64,000 bases of DNA from positions 39,289 to 103,288 of the forward strand of contig JANWIC010000007.1 in the NCBI GenBank assembly GCA_025450075.1, given 5' to 3'. A model generated the notes under the pieces. That model was given only the letters and a program-made list of their open reading frames with translations, was not told the DNA's origin and made no database searches. This document shows, piece by piece, positions 39,008 to 48,873 of the stretch (the stretch's first letter is position 1; each line of letters begins with the position of its first letter). The translations under genes were made by a program, and so were the position numbers. Source of the DNA: Patescibacteria group bacterium. Lineage in GTDB: Bacteria > Patescibacteriota > Dojkabacteria > JAKAPS01.

Positions 39008-40210
39008 ATGGCAACTTTCGACAGAAGCAAACCACACAAGAATGTAGGTACTATTGGTCACGTAGATCATGGTAAGACTACTCTTACAGCAGCAATTTTA
39101 AAAGTTCTTGCAGCAGCAGGTCATGCAGCACAAACAAAAGGAGTACAGGATCTTGATAAAGCTCCTGAATCCCGAAGTCGTGGTATTACTATTGCTACGG
39201 CTCATACAGAATATGAGACAGACAAGTTTCACTACGCACATGTAGACTGTCCTGGTCACGCTGACTATATTAAGAACATGATTACCGGTGCTGCTCAAAT
39301 GGATGGAGCTATCCTCGTTGTTGCAGCTACTGATGGACCTATGCCTCAAACACGAGAGCATATTTTGCTTTCCCGACAGGTAGGAGTTCCAAAAATTGTT
39401 GTATTTATGAACAAGGTTGATATGGTAGAAGATGCAGAGTTATTGGATCTTGTTGAACTTGAAATACGTGAAGTACTTTCCCGATACGAATTCCCAGGAG
39501 ATGATACTCCTGTAATTCGAGGCTCAGCTCTAAAGGCTTTAGAATGTGCTTGCGGAAAAAGAGATTGTGAATGGTGCGGAAAAATCTTGGAACTTATGGA
39601 TCAAGTCGATGATTATATCCCAGTACCAGAACGAGCAATTACTAAACCATTCTTGATGCCTGTTGAAGACGTTTTCTCAATTGAAGGACGTGGAACTGTA
39701 GCAACAGGAAGAGTTGAACGAGGAGAAGTAAAGGTAAACGAAGAAGTGGAACTGGTTGGAATTGTAAAAGATGCAAAAAAACTTGTCGTAACCGGTGTAC
39801 AGATGTTCAACAAAGATTTGGACAAAGGTATGGCAGGAGATAACATTGGAGTACTTCTCCGTGGTATTAAAAGAGAAGAAGTAGAACGAGGACAAGTTCT
39901 TGCAAAACCAGGAAGCATTACTCCTCATACAGATTTTGAAGCAGAAGTATACGTTTTAACTAAAGAAGAAGGTGGACGACATACTCCTTTCTTGAAAGGA
40001 TACAGACCACAATTCTATCTAAGAACTACTGATGTTACTGGAGAAGTCACCTCACTTCCCGATGGAGTTGAAATGGTGATGCCAGGAGACAATACCAAAG
40101 TAACAGTATCACTCGTTACTCCGGTAGCTATGGAAGATGGACTAAGATTTGCAATTCGTGAAGGTGGAAGAACAGTAGGAGCAGGAGTTGTAACTAAGAT
40201 TTTGAAGTAA
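39008..40210 (+). CDS. tuf: elongation factor Tu (with a 5-aa Cys-rich insertion)
   Basis: [26 protein letters not shown]. Full-length alignment to EF-Tu. Unusual [20 protein letters not shown] where E. coli has ALEGDAEWEAKILEL. Confidence 0.95.
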   Translation: MATFDRSKPHKNVGTIGHVDHGKTTLTAAILKVLAAAGHAAQTKGVQDLDKAPESRSRGITIATAHTEYETDKFHYAHVDCPGHADYIKNMITGAAQMDGAILVVAATDGPMPQTREHILLSRQVGVPKIVVFMNKVDMVEDAELLDLVELEIREVLSRYEFPGDDTPVIRGSALKALECACGKRDCEWCGKILELMDQVDDYIPVPERAITKPFLMPVEDVFSIEGRGTVATGRVERGEVKVNEEVELVGIVKDAKKLVVTGVQMFNKDLDKGMAGDNIGVLLRGIKREEVERGQVLAKPGSITPHTDFEAEVYVLTKEEGGRHTPFLKGYRPQFYLRTTDVTGEVTSLPDGVEMVMPGDNTKVTVSLVTPVAMEDGLRFAIREGGRTVGAGVVTKILK

Positions 40211-40227
40211 TTTAGTAATCAAGTCAG

Positions 40228-40253
40228 AAAAGCAGTTGTAAGACTGCTTTTTT
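40228..40253 (+). terminator. rho-independent terminator after tuf
   Basis: AGCAGT-tgtaag-ACTGC stem followed by TTTTTT. Confidence 0.6.
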
Positions 40254-40278
40254 GACCGCTATTTAAAAACAGCTTAAA

Positions 40279-40584
40279 ATGGCATTAAATCGCATAAGAG
40301 TAAAATTAAAAGGATATGATTCAAAAGTTGTCGACAAATCGGCAGCTCAGATTCTTGAAGCCGCGATGAGGACCGGTGCTAAGGCATCCGGACCTGTACC
40401 GTTGCCAACCCGGCTGAAGAAATATAGCGTTAACGAGTCTCCACATGTACACAAAAGATCTATGGAGCAATTTGAAATACGGGTTCACAAGAGACTTATT
40501 GATATTCTAGACCCGACTTCAAAAACGATTGATTCCCTGACACATTTGCAATTACCTGCAGGTGTAGGAATCGAGATAAAGTAA
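40279..40584 (+). CDS. rpsJ: 30S ribosomal protein S10
   Basis: IRVKLKGYD...[11 protein letters not shown]. Confidence 0.95.
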   Translation: MALNRIRVKLKGYDSKVVDKSAAQILEAAMRTGAKASGPVPLPTRLKKYSVNESPHVHKRSMEQFEIRVHKRLIDILDPTSKTIDSLTHLQLPAGVGIEIK

Positions 40585-40630
40585 ATCCTGGTTTATTTTA
40601 TCGGCTTTACACATATAGCTATGTATATTT

Positions 40631-41236
40631 ATGAATACGATACTAGGAAGAAAAAAAGAAATGACACAAATCTTCGATCAGAAGACAGGAAGAGCTATTC
40701 CAGTCACGCTAGTTGATGCACGAGGATGTTTAGTCGTAGGAAAAAAATCTCAAGAAAAAGATGGATATGAAGCACTTAAGCTTGGACTTGGCGTCAGTAA
40801 GAATCCAACAATGCCTGAAGCAGGAAAATATAAAGGATTGCGCGTTCCCCAGTTTGTAAGAGAAGTAAAAACAAGTGAAGTTTTAGAAATAGGAACTCCA
40901 GTCTTAGTTGATAGTTTCGCAATCGGAGATAAAGTAAAAGTTATTGGTGTATCAAAAGGAAAAGGATTTTCAGGAGTTATGAAGAGATGGCATTTTGCAG
41001 GAACTGGTACACGAACTCATGGGCAATCTACAAAGCCAAGACATCCAGGATCTATTGGAGCTGGTACAACACCGGGTAGAGTTTTTAAAGGAAAGAAGAT
41101 GGCTGGTAGAATGGGAAATGATAGAGTAACAGTAAAAAATGTTGAAGTGGTATTTATTGATGTTAATTCACATCTTATTGGTTTAAAGGGAATGATTCCT
41201 GGAGCCAAAAATGGTTTAGTTGAAATAAGAAAGTAA
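40631..41236 (+). CDS. rplC: 50S ribosomal protein L3
   Basis: GKGFSGVMKRW...THGQSTKPRHPGSIGAG. Confidence 0.95.
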   Translation: MNTILGRKKEMTQIFDQKTGRAIPVTLVDARGCLVVGKKSQEKDGYEALKLGLGVSKNPTMPEAGKYKGLRVPQFVREVKTSEVLEIGTPVLVDSFAIGDKVKVIGVSKGKGFSGVMKRWHFAGTGTRTHGQSTKPRHPGSIGAGTTPGRVFKGKKMAGRMGNDRVTVKNVEVVFIDVNSHLIGLKGMIPGAKNGLVEIRK

Positions 41237-41238
41237 TT

Positions 41239-41985
41239 ATGAAAGCTGTTGTATTACAAAAAAACGGAAAGGTATCAAAGAAATTCTTCACATTACAGGA
41301 AGATATATTTGCAAATAAAGCAGGTACAAATGTCTTACGACAGGCTGTACATATCCATATGGCAAACACCCGAACTGGAACTGCTAAAGCAAAGAACAGA
41401 GGTGAAGTTTCTGGAACTGGTAAGAAACCATGGGCAAATAATAAAATCGGAAAAGCGCGAACAGGAGATGAAAGAACTCCTATCTTTAGACATGGTGGAG
41501 TATCACACGGCCCTGTTCCAATGAACTATGGATTGAAGCTTCCAAAAAAAATGGCTGAAATAGCACTATATCAAGCTCTCACTCACGCACAAAATCAAAA
41601 TCGATTATTTATTGTTGAAGACTTTACCATTTCTGGTGAAAAACTAACAAAAGCAGCGGCAGAAATAGTAAAGGCATTAACAACACAAGCAGGAATTCCA
41701 ATGAAAAGAGTTGTGATCTATACACTCCAGTATGACGAATTACTTAAGCGTGCATATAACAACATTCCAGGAATTGAGGTTCGGGCAATGCAGCATATGA
41801 ATGCATATGACGTGCTTTCAGCAGGAACAGTTATCCTGATGGAATCAGTAATGGAAGTATTGAACGGAACAAAAGCAGAAAATGAAAAACCAAAAGTTGA
41901 AGAAAAGAAAACTGAAGTAAAAACAAAGGCACCGGTAAAAGCAGCTACAAAAACCGCAACAAAATCAAAAGTAGTTAAGAAATAA
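41239..41985 (+). CDS. rplD: 50S ribosomal protein L4 (with a Lys/Ala-rich C-terminal extension)
   Basis: L4 core, then the tail KPKVEEKKTEVKTKAPVKAATKTATKSKVVKK. Confidence 0.9.
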   Translation: MKAVVLQKNGKVSKKFFTLQEDIFANKAGTNVLRQAVHIHMANTRTGTAKAKNRGEVSGTGKKPWANNKIGKARTGDERTPIFRHGGVSHGPVPMNYGLKLPKKMAEIALYQALTHAQNQNRLFIVEDFTISGEKLTKAAAEIVKALTTQAGIPMKRVVIYTLQYDELLKRAYNNIPGIEVRAMQHMNAYDVLSAGTVILMESVMEVLNGTKAENEKPKVEEKKTEVKTKAPVKAATKTATKSKVVKK

Positions 41986-41987
41986 TT

Positions 41988-42302
41988 ATGAATATACATA
42001 CTATATTAAAAAGTCCAAGATTAACAGAAAAAGCATATATGAACATTGCTAGAAGCGCATATGTGTTTGATGTCGACCTTAAGGCATCAAAGGGAGATAT
42101 TAAAGAAGCTGTTGAATCATTGTTTGATGTTGATGTTGTATCAGTCAGAACAATGACTATCCGAGGTAAGAAAAAGGCTCGTGGAAGAAGCAGAAAGATT
42201 GTAAAGACTGCAAAGTTAAAAAAGGCAGTCGTTGAAGTAGCTGAAGGACAGACAATATCAATTTTTGATGAAATATATAAGTCTGAAGAGGAAAAGAAAT
42301 AA
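41988..42302 (+). CDS. rplW: 50S ribosomal protein L23
   Basis: Position and size (104 aa); LKSPRLTEKA start. Confidence 0.9.
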   Translation: MNIHTILKSPRLTEKAYMNIARSAYVFDVDLKASKGDIKEAVESLFDVDVVSVRTMTIRGKKKARGRSRKIVKTAKLKKAVVEVAEGQTISIFDEIYKSEEEKK

Positions 42303-42304
42303 CC

Positions 42305-43135
42305 ATGGCATTAACGAAATATAAACCAACAACACCAACACGACGTTTTACGGTACTATTAAAATCCGAAAAACGAAATAACCCTGAGAAATCACTTCTT
42401 AGCCCGATGAAATCAAAGGCAGGAAGAAATAACCAGGGTAGAATCACCACCAGACATCAAGGTGGAGGTGTAAAACGAAGATATAGAAATATTGATTTTA
42501 AAAGAGATAAATATGATGTCCCTGCAGTAGTAAAAAGCATCGAATACGATCCAAACCGAACGGCAAATATTGCTCTTCTTGTATATAAAGACGGAGAAAA
42601 GCGATATATCATTGCTCCATCAGGTTTGAAAGAAGGTGCAATTCTAGTTTCTGGGGAAAAAGCTCCAATTAATATTGGAAATAGTCTTCCATTAAAGAAT
42701 ATTCCATTGGGAGCAACAATATATAATATTGAAATTCGCCGAGGAAAAGGAGGACAGCTTGTTCGATCAGCAGGTGCACTTGCCCAAATCCAATCAATGG
42801 ATAAGGGATATGTACAAATCAAACTTCCATCAGGTGAAATAAGATTGGTAAATGGCGAAAATTATGCTACAATAGGGGGCGTTGGAAACGAAGAACTTAT
42901 AAATATAAAGTTAGGGAAAGCAGGTAGAAGCAGGTATTTAGGTATAAGACCGGGAGTTCGAGGTATGGCAATGCATGCTGAACAGCATCCACACGGAGGA
43001 GGAGAAGGAAAGGGACAAGTTGGAGGTGTGGCAAAGGATATTTGGGGTAACCGACGAGGGAGAAATACAAGAAAAAATAAAGTAAGTTCAAGATTTATTA
43101 TAAAACGCAGAAAAGGAAAGAAACTTAATAAATAA
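42305..43135 (+). CDS. rplB: 50S ribosomal protein L2
   Basis: GRNNQGRITTRHQGGG...MHAEQHPHGGGEG. Confidence 0.97.
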   Translation: MALTKYKPTTPTRRFTVLLKSEKRNNPEKSLLSPMKSKAGRNNQGRITTRHQGGGVKRRYRNIDFKRDKYDVPAVVKSIEYDPNRTANIALLVYKDGEKRYIIAPSGLKEGAILVSGEKAPINIGNSLPLKNIPLGATIYNIEIRRGKGGQLVRSAGALAQIQSMDKGYVQIKLPSGEIRLVNGENYATIGGVGNEELINIKLGKAGRSRYLGIRPGVRGMAMHAEQHPHGGGEGKGQVGGVAKDIWGNRRGRNTRKNKVSSRFIIKRRKGKKLNK

Positions 43136-43138
43136 TAT

Positions 43139-43447
43139 ATGTCACGATCATCGAAAAAAGGTCCTTATGTGGACGAAAAATTATTAAAGAAAATATTACA
43201 TCAAAGAGAAGCTAATGATTATCGACCTATTAAAACATGGGCACGAGCATCAACAATCTCTCCTGAAATGGTTGGTTTTACCTTAGCTATCCATAACGGA
43301 AAAACTCATGTTCCTGTCATTGTGAATGAATCAATGGTAGGACATAAAGTCGGTGAATTTGCTTTGACTCGAATGTTTCGAGGTCATAGTAAAAAAGGTA
43401 AAATTGCTCAAAATACCGGATCTACCGGAAGAACTGAATCAAAGTAA
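43139..43447 (+). CDS. rpsS: 30S ribosomal protein S19
   Basis: HNGKTHVPV...[11 protein letters not shown]. Confidence 0.95.
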   Translation: MSRSSKKGPYVDEKLLKKILHQREANDYRPIKTWARASTISPEMVGFTLAIHNGKTHVPVIVNESMVGHKVGEFALTRMFRGHSKKGKIAQNTGSTGRTESK

Positions 43448-43450
43448 CAT

Positions 43451-43801
43451 ATGGATCCTAAAGCGCAAAAAATTGAAGCAAAAAACACAATGGTTCGTAT
43501 TTCACCACGTAAGTTACGTTTAGTGGCAGATACGGTCAGAGGTAAAGATGCATTAGTATCTGTAGATACATTGCAATTTCTGCCAAAAAAAGGAAGCATT
43601 ATGATCCTGAAGGTATTAAAGAGTGCAATGGCAAATGCAGAACATAATTTTAATTTGCGAGCTAAAGATTTGTATGTAAAAGAAATTCGAGTTGATGAAG
43701 GTCCAACATACAAGAGGTTTCGAGCAGTATCACGAGGAAGAGGAAGACAAATATTAAAACGTACAGCACGTATATCAATTACATTAGGATTAAAGAAGTA
43801 A
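43451..43801 (+). CDS. rplV: 50S ribosomal protein L22
   Basis: Position and size (116 aa); RISPRKLRLVAD. Confidence 0.93.
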   Translation: MDPKAQKIEAKNTMVRISPRKLRLVADTVRGKDALVSVDTLQFLPKKGSIMILKVLKSAMANAEHNFNLRAKDLYVKEIRVDEGPTYKRFRAVSRGRGRQILKRTARISITLGLKK

Positions 43802-43802
43802 T

Positions 43803-44447
43803 ATGGGACAAAAAATCCATCCAGTAGGATTTCGACTAGGAACAAATAGAACATGGTCATCAGTTTGGTTTGCAAATGATACCGCTACATATGTTAAAAA
43901 TTTACACTCCGATATTAAGGTAAGAAAATTTGTACTGAAAGCATTAAAAGCATCAGGTGTTGCAGAAGTTAATATCAAGAGAGCATTAAATAACGTCGTT
44001 ATTGAAATTCATGTTGCACGACCTGGTATGGTAATTGGAAAAGGTGGAAAAGGACTTGAAGATCTTACAAAAGAACTGACAAAGATGCTTGGTACAGAAC
44101 CAAGACTTGAAGTAAAAGAAGTAAAAAATCCATCATTAGAAGCTAGAATAATCGCACAAAACATTGTCGACGGAATCCAAAAACGTGTCAGTCCAAAATT
44201 TCTAATGACAAAGGAACTGGAAAGAATCAAAGATGCAGGAGCATTAGGTGGGAGAATCTGGATTTCAGGATTAATTGGCGGAAGCCAGATCCATAGAACA
44301 GAAAAAAAGAGCTTTGGAACTATTCCATTACAAACACTCCGAGCTGATATCAGCTATGCTGGACTTGACGCATTGACATATAACTCAGGAGTAATGGGAG
44401 TAAAGGTTTGGATTTATAGAGGAGAAAAGAAAGATTACGACGCTTAA
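43803..44447 (+). CDS. rpsC: 30S ribosomal protein S3
   Basis: MGQKIHPVGFRLG; KH domain. Confidence 0.95.
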   Translation: MGQKIHPVGFRLGTNRTWSSVWFANDTATYVKNLHSDIKVRKFVLKALKASGVAEVNIKRALNNVVIEIHVARPGMVIGKGGKGLEDLTKELTKMLGTEPRLEVKEVKNPSLEARIIAQNIVDGIQKRVSPKFLMTKELERIKDAGALGGRIWISGLIGGSQIHRTEKKSFGTIPLQTLRADISYAGLDALTYNSGVMGVKVWIYRGEKKDYDA

Positions 44448-44466
44448 TTAAACTATTTAGGAAATT

Positions 44467-44865
44467 ATGTTACAGCCTAAGAAACAAAAATACAGAAAAA
44501 GCTATAACGCAGCAATGAGAGGTGTCAATCATCAAACACTTAGTTTTGGTGAATTTGGTGTGCTTGCCGCAACTCCAGGGTTTATCACAGCAAGACAGAT
44601 TGAAGCAGCTCGAAAGGCTATGTCTCATTATACAAAGCGATATGGTAAAATCTGGATCAGAATTTTTCCCCAGATTCCTGTAACGAACAAACCACAAGGA
44701 CTTAGAATGGGTGGAGGAAAAGGTGCAGTTGTATCATTTGGTTCACCAATAAAGGTAGGAACAATTGTTTTTGAAATGGGAGGAGTTCCACGAGAGATTG
44801 CAAAAGAAGCATTCAGATTGGCAGGAAACAAATTACCTTTAAAATTAGAATTTATTGAAAAATAA
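44467..44865 (+). CDS. rplP: 50S ribosomal protein L16
   Basis: MLQPKKQKYRK...RMGGGKG. Confidence 0.95.
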   Translation: MLQPKKQKYRKSYNAAMRGVNHQTLSFGEFGVLAATPGFITARQIEAARKAMSHYTKRYGKIWIRIFPQIPVTNKPQGLRMGGGKGAVVSFGSPIKVGTIVFEMGGVPREIAKEAFRLAGNKLPLKLEFIEK

Positions 44866-45086
44866 TGATAAATTTAAACGAACTACGAAAAACAAACTTA
44901 AAGGATCTTGCAAAAAAGTTTCATGATTTGGACAAGGAAATTGCAATAGAATCTTTCCATATACAGTCACGAAGAAGTACGAAAACAGCACAACTTCGAG
45001 CAATGAAAAAAGATCTTGCAAGGATTGCAACAGTAATAAATGAATTAAAACTTTTATCTACAATACATGGAAAAGAAGAAAAGTAA
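44865..45086 (+). CDS. rpmC: 50S ribosomal protein L29
   Basis: 73 aa; LRKTNLKDLAKKF...QLRAMKKDLARI. Confidence 0.85.
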   Translation: MINLNELRKTNLKDLAKKFHDLDKEIAIESFHIQSRRSTKTAQLRAMKKDLARIATVINELKLLSTIHGKEEK

Positions 45087-45339
45087 TACAAAAAAACAGC
45101 AGGTACTCGTCCATAAGAGAAAATTAACGGGTATCGTAGTATCAAATAGTATGATAAATACTGTTGTCGTAAAAGTAACGACAAAAAAGATCCATCCTAT
45201 ATATAAAAAAGTTATTAAAACTTGGAAAAAATATAAAGCAGAAACTGCTGGAATACAATATGAAGTCGGTGAAGTTGTTACCATCCAGGAAGCCAGGAAG
45301 ATGTCAAAAGATAAGAAATGGCTAGTTTTATCTAAATAA
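45067..45339 (+). CDS. rpsQ: 30S ribosomal protein S17
   Basis: 90 aa; position; GIVVSNSM.NTVVVKV. Confidence 0.85.
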   Translation: MEKKKSNTKKQQVLVHKRKLTGIVVSNSMINTVVVKVTTKKIHPIYKKVIKTWKKYKAETAGIQYEVGEVVTIQEARKMSKDKKWLVLSK

Positions 45340-45348
45340 TACGAATCA

Positions 45349-45720
45349 ATGGTACAGTCACAAACAATATTAAAATGCGCAGATAACACAGGAGCAAAAG
45401 AACTTCTTGTTATTGGAGTAAGAGTCGGTTCTAACCATGAGTTTGCATCAGTTGGTGATATTGTCAGCTGCAGCGTAAAAAAAGCTCAGGCAGGCGGAAG
45501 CGTAAAGACTCATGAAAAAGTAAAGGCAGTGGTTGTTAGGACAAGAAAAGAAGTACGAAGACAAGACGGATCCTATATCCGATTTGACGATAATGCAGCA
45601 GTAATTATTGACCCTAAATCAAAAGAACCAAAAGGAACTGCAGTATTTGGCCCTGTTGCACGAGAGCTTCGGGATAGAGGATATATGAAGCTTATTAGTT
45701 TAGCTCCAGAAGTATTATGA
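45349..45720 (+). CDS. rplN: 50S ribosomal protein L14
   Basis: [19 protein letters not shown]. Confidence 0.95.
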   Translation: MVQSQTILKCADNTGAKELLVIGVRVGSNHEFASVGDIVSCSVKKAQAGGSVKTHEKVKAVVVRTRKEVRRQDGSYIRFDDNAAVIIDPKSKEPKGTAVFGPVARELRDRGYMKLISLAPEVL

Positions 45721-46004
45721 AACTGAGAAAAAACGATAAAATAAAAATAGTACGTGGAAAAGACAAAGGGAAAGAGTCAGTGATTGAACGGGTTTTGCCT
45801 AAAAGCGGCAAAATATATGCAAAAGATATCAATATCGTTAAAAAACATGCAAAGGGGAGAGGTATTATCGACCTTATCAAGCCGGTTCAGGCTTCAAATG
45901 TTATGGTAATCTGTCCGAATTGCAATAAACCAACAAGAGTAGGATATAAAGTTGAAAAAGAGAAAAAAACCAGATTTTGTAAACAATGTCAAAAAGACTT
46001 CTAA
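45717..46004 (+). CDS. rplX: 50S ribosomal protein L24 (KOW) with a C-terminal C4 zinc-ribbon-like motif
   Basis: [14 protein letters not shown] (KOW), then CPNC...CKQC at the C-terminus where other L24 proteins have no Cys. Confidence 0.88.
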   Translation: MKLRKNDKIKIVRGKDKGKESVIERVLPKSGKIYAKDINIVKKHAKGRGIIDLIKPVQASNVMVICPNCNKPTRVGYKVEKEKKTRFCKQCQKDF

Positions 46005-46774
46005 ATACGGACAATTTTGATGTCATTGGCGGAAGAAACCTGGTACAAGAAGCGCTGAAAGCAGGAAATGATGTAAAAAGGATATATATTGAAAATGCAA
46101 TAAAAGAATCGAAAAACTATGGCAATGATGCTAGAATTCATGATATAATCAGCATTGCCAGATCAAGGAATATTCCTGTTGAGTATATCTCAAGGGATGA
46201 TATCCGATTACTTGAAAAAGATGAAGGAGTAAGAACAGAAGGAGTAGCAGCATTCCTGCCACAACGAGTAGAGCTTACTGTTTCAGATATCTTTGCACTT
46301 TGTAAACAGAAAAATAAGGAACCTTTTATCATACTGGTAAATAATATCTTGTATGAGGAGAATCTTGGAGCAATACTTCGCACATGCGCTGCAGGTGGTG
46401 TTGATGCTCTCATTATTCCAAAACGGGATAACCGTTCCCTTACTCCAAATGTGAGGCGAATCTCAATGGGAGGAAGTGAATATGTACCATTAGTACGTTC
46501 AAATCTTTTTGAAGCACTTGATGAGATACATGATGAAGGAATTCAGATTATCGGTGTTGAACTAAATGGTTCAGCATACTACTATGATGCGAATCTTAGC
46601 GGCCCGATTGCAATTATCTTAGGTGGTGAAGATGCTGGTCTTACAGCTCCATTACAAAAGCGATGCGATCAGGTGGTGAAGATTCCTATGATAGGAATGA
46701 TCCAGTCACTGAATGTATCAGTAAGTACTGCGATTTTAATATATGAGAAAATACGACAGGAATGTCAAAATTAA
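45986..46774 (+). CDS. SpoU/TrmH-family RNA 2'-O-methyltransferase inserted between rplX and rplE
   Basis: LGAILRTCAAGGVDALIIP and a SPOUT C-terminal domain. Overlaps both flanking r-protein genes. Confidence 0.8.
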   Translation: MSKRLLNTDNFDVIGGRNLVQEALKAGNDVKRIYIENAIKESKNYGNDARIHDIISIARSRNIPVEYISRDDIRLLEKDEGVRTEGVAAFLPQRVELTVSDIFALCKQKNKEPFIILVNNILYEENLGAILRTCAAGGVDALIIPKRDNRSLTPNVRRISMGGSEYVPLVRSNLFEALDEIHDEGIQIIGVELNGSAYYYDANLSGPIAIILGGEDAGLTAPLQKRCDQVVKIPMIGMIQSLNVSVSTAILIYEKIRQECQN

Positions 46775-47304
46775 GAGAAAAATATAACAAAGAAATACAA
46801 CAGAAATTAATGAAAGAATTGCAGCTTTCAAATGTCCATTCTGTACCGGCACTTAAGAAAATTGTGCTTAATATTGGTGCAGGAGAGGCAGTTGCAAATC
46901 CAAAGGTTGTTGAGATTACACAAGAAATTCTGAGCGCAATAACTGGCCAACGTGCAGTTATTACAAAAGCAAAGAAGTCTATCTCAAACTTTAAGATTCG
47001 TGAAGGTTTGGCAATTGGATCAATGGTTACCCTACGTGGTGATAAGATGTGGGATTTTTACGAAAAACTTATTGATATTGTAATCCCTCGTATCAAGGAC
47101 TTTCGGGGATTGAACCCGTTCGCATTTGATAATGCAGGAAACTATACATTAGGAATAAAAGATCATACAATCTTTCCAGAGATTGATCCAAATGAAATTG
47201 ATAAGGTACGAAGTCTTGAAATAACTTTTGTAACAAGCGTAAATGATAAGGAAGCTTCAAAAAAACTTCTTCGTGAGTTAGGTCTTCCACTTAAGAAAGA
47301 ATAA
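46762..47304 (+). CDS. rplE: 50S ribosomal protein L5
   Basis: 180 aa; NVHSVPALKKIVLNIGAGEA. Confidence 0.95.
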   Translation: MSKLREKYNKEIQQKLMKELQLSNVHSVPALKKIVLNIGAGEAVANPKVVEITQEILSAITGQRAVITKAKKSISNFKIREGLAIGSMVTLRGDKMWDFYEKLIDIVIPRIKDFRGLNPFAFDNAGNYTLGIKDHTIFPEIDPNEIDKVRSLEITFVTSVNDKEASKKLLRELGLPLKKE

Positions 47305-47307
47305 AAA

Positions 47308-47502
47308 ATGGCAAAAAAATCACAAGTTGTAAAACAACAAAAATTAATGAAAAAATCAAAATACCCTACTCGTGTATATAACCGATGTCTTCGATGTGGG
47401 AGACAAGGTGCATACATGAGAGATTTTGGCATGTGCAGAATTTGTTTTAGAGAACTTGCACATAAAGGTGAAATACCGGGTGTAACAAAATCATCCTGGT
47501 AA
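47308..47502 (+). CDS. rpsN: 30S ribosomal protein S14 type Z (zinc-binding)
   Basis: 64 aa; [20 protein letters not shown]. Confidence 0.92.
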   Translation: MAKKSQVVKQQKLMKKSKYPTRVYNRCLRCGRQGAYMRDFGMCRICFRELAHKGEIPGVTKSSW

Positions 47503-47522
47503 TATATATTTTACATTGAACA

Positions 47523-47918
47523 ATGACAGATCCAATAGCTGACTTATTAACACAAATACGAAATGCAGGACTAAGAAGAATAGCTTCCATTAATGTTCCT
47601 CATTCTAAAATGAAAGAACAGATTGTTCAGATTTTAAGAGATGAGCATTTCATTACAGATTATTCTGTAACAACTGATGAAGTAACCGGATTTAAGTACT
47701 TGCATATTGTCCTTCGATACACAAAGACTAGAATGGCTATTGAAAAATTGAAGAGAGTTTCTAAACCTGGTATTCGAAGATATGTCAGTTATGATAAAAT
47801 TCCTACGGTAAGAGGAGGAATTGGAATATGTGTTGTCAGTACATCAAAAGGAGTCATGACAGGAAGAAGAGCAAAAGAGGAAAAAGTTGGGGGAGAATTA
47901 CTTTGTACTATCTATTAA
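47523..47918 (+). CDS. rpsH: 30S ribosomal protein S8
   Basis: MTDPIADLLTQIRNA. Confidence 0.95.
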   Translation: MTDPIADLLTQIRNAGLRRIASINVPHSKMKEQIVQILRDEHFITDYSVTTDEVTGFKYLHIVLRYTKTRMAIEKLKRVSKPGIRRYVSYDKIPTVRGGIGICVVSTSKGVMTGRRAKEEKVGGELLCTIY

Positions 47919-47925
47919 TACATAT

Positions 47926-48489
47926 ATGTCACGTATAGGAAAACAACCAGTTACAATTCCATCAGGCGTAGAAGTTATGGTTGATGAAGCAATGATTCGT
48001 GTAAAAGGACCTAAAGGTGAATTGAGCATTGTACGTCCTCCATTGGTAACAATCGAGCAGGATGCAAATGAAGTAAGAGTTTCAATTCCTGAAGACAAAA
48101 AAGGAGATAGGATCTACAAATCATATTATGGACTTACCAGAAGCTTGATTAATAATCTGGTATTAGGTGTAACACAAGGATATAAGAAAGAATTGGAGAT
48201 GAAAGGAATTGGTTATCGTGCAGCAATGCAAGGAAATAACCTTGTTCTAAATGTAGGATACTCACACCAAGTGAATATTCCACAAGAAGAAGGGATCACT
48301 TTTAATGTAGTAGATAATGTTAATATCACAGTTGAAGGGATTGATAAACAACGGGTTGGTCAGGTAGCTGCAAATATTCGAAAAGTACGAGAACCGGAAC
48401 CATATAAAGGGAAGGGAATAAGATATAAAGATGAAATTGTACGAAGGAAGAGTGGAAAGAGCGGAAAAGGTGCAAAAGGAGCTAAATAA
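47926..48489 (+). CDS. rplF: 50S ribosomal protein L6
   Basis: MSRIGKQPVTIPSGV. Start moved to the ATG at 47926, after the rpsH stop. Confidence 0.93.
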   Translation: MSRIGKQPVTIPSGVEVMVDEAMIRVKGPKGELSIVRPPLVTIEQDANEVRVSIPEDKKGDRIYKSYYGLTRSLINNLVLGVTQGYKKELEMKGIGYRAAMQGNNLVLNVGYSHQVNIPQEEGITFNVVDNVNITVEGIDKQRVGQVAANIRKVREPEPYKGKGIRYKDEIVRRKSGKSGKGAKGAK

Positions 48490-48510
48490 TATATTATAGT
48501 TTTTACAGCA

Positions 48511-48858
48511 ATGTCAGTACGAACGGTTAAAAGACACAGAAGACTCAGAAAAAAAATTCATGGAACTCATGAAAGACCGAGACTATCTGTCTATCGAAGT
48601 TTGAAAGGCTTGTATGCCCAGATTATTGATGATGATAAATCAGTAACTCTTCTTGGCATGAGCGATAAAGTTGTTCAAAAAGGATCAAAAACAAAATTAA
48701 CGAAAAAAGATGCAGCTTATGAATTAGGTAAGGCAATGGCGAAACAGGCAAAAGATCAAAAGATTTCAGCTGTTGTATTTGACCGAGGCGGAAATAAATA
48801 TCATGGAAGAATAGCTGAATTTTCACGAGGTGCTCGCGAAGGTGGACTAATATTTTAA
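48511..48858 (+). CDS. rplR: 50S ribosomal protein L18
   Basis: 115 aa; position; FDRGGNKYHGRI. Confidence 0.92.
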   Translation: MSVRTVKRHRRLRKKIHGTHERPRLSVYRSLKGLYAQIIDDDKSVTLLGMSDKVVQKGSKTKLTKKDAAYELGKAMAKQAKDQKISAVVFDRGGNKYHGRIAEFSRGAREGGLIF

Positions 48859-48873
48859 TCTAAATATATTCGT

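Noticed and set aside
39098-39928. Antisense ORFs within tuf
   Set aside because: Shadow ORFs.
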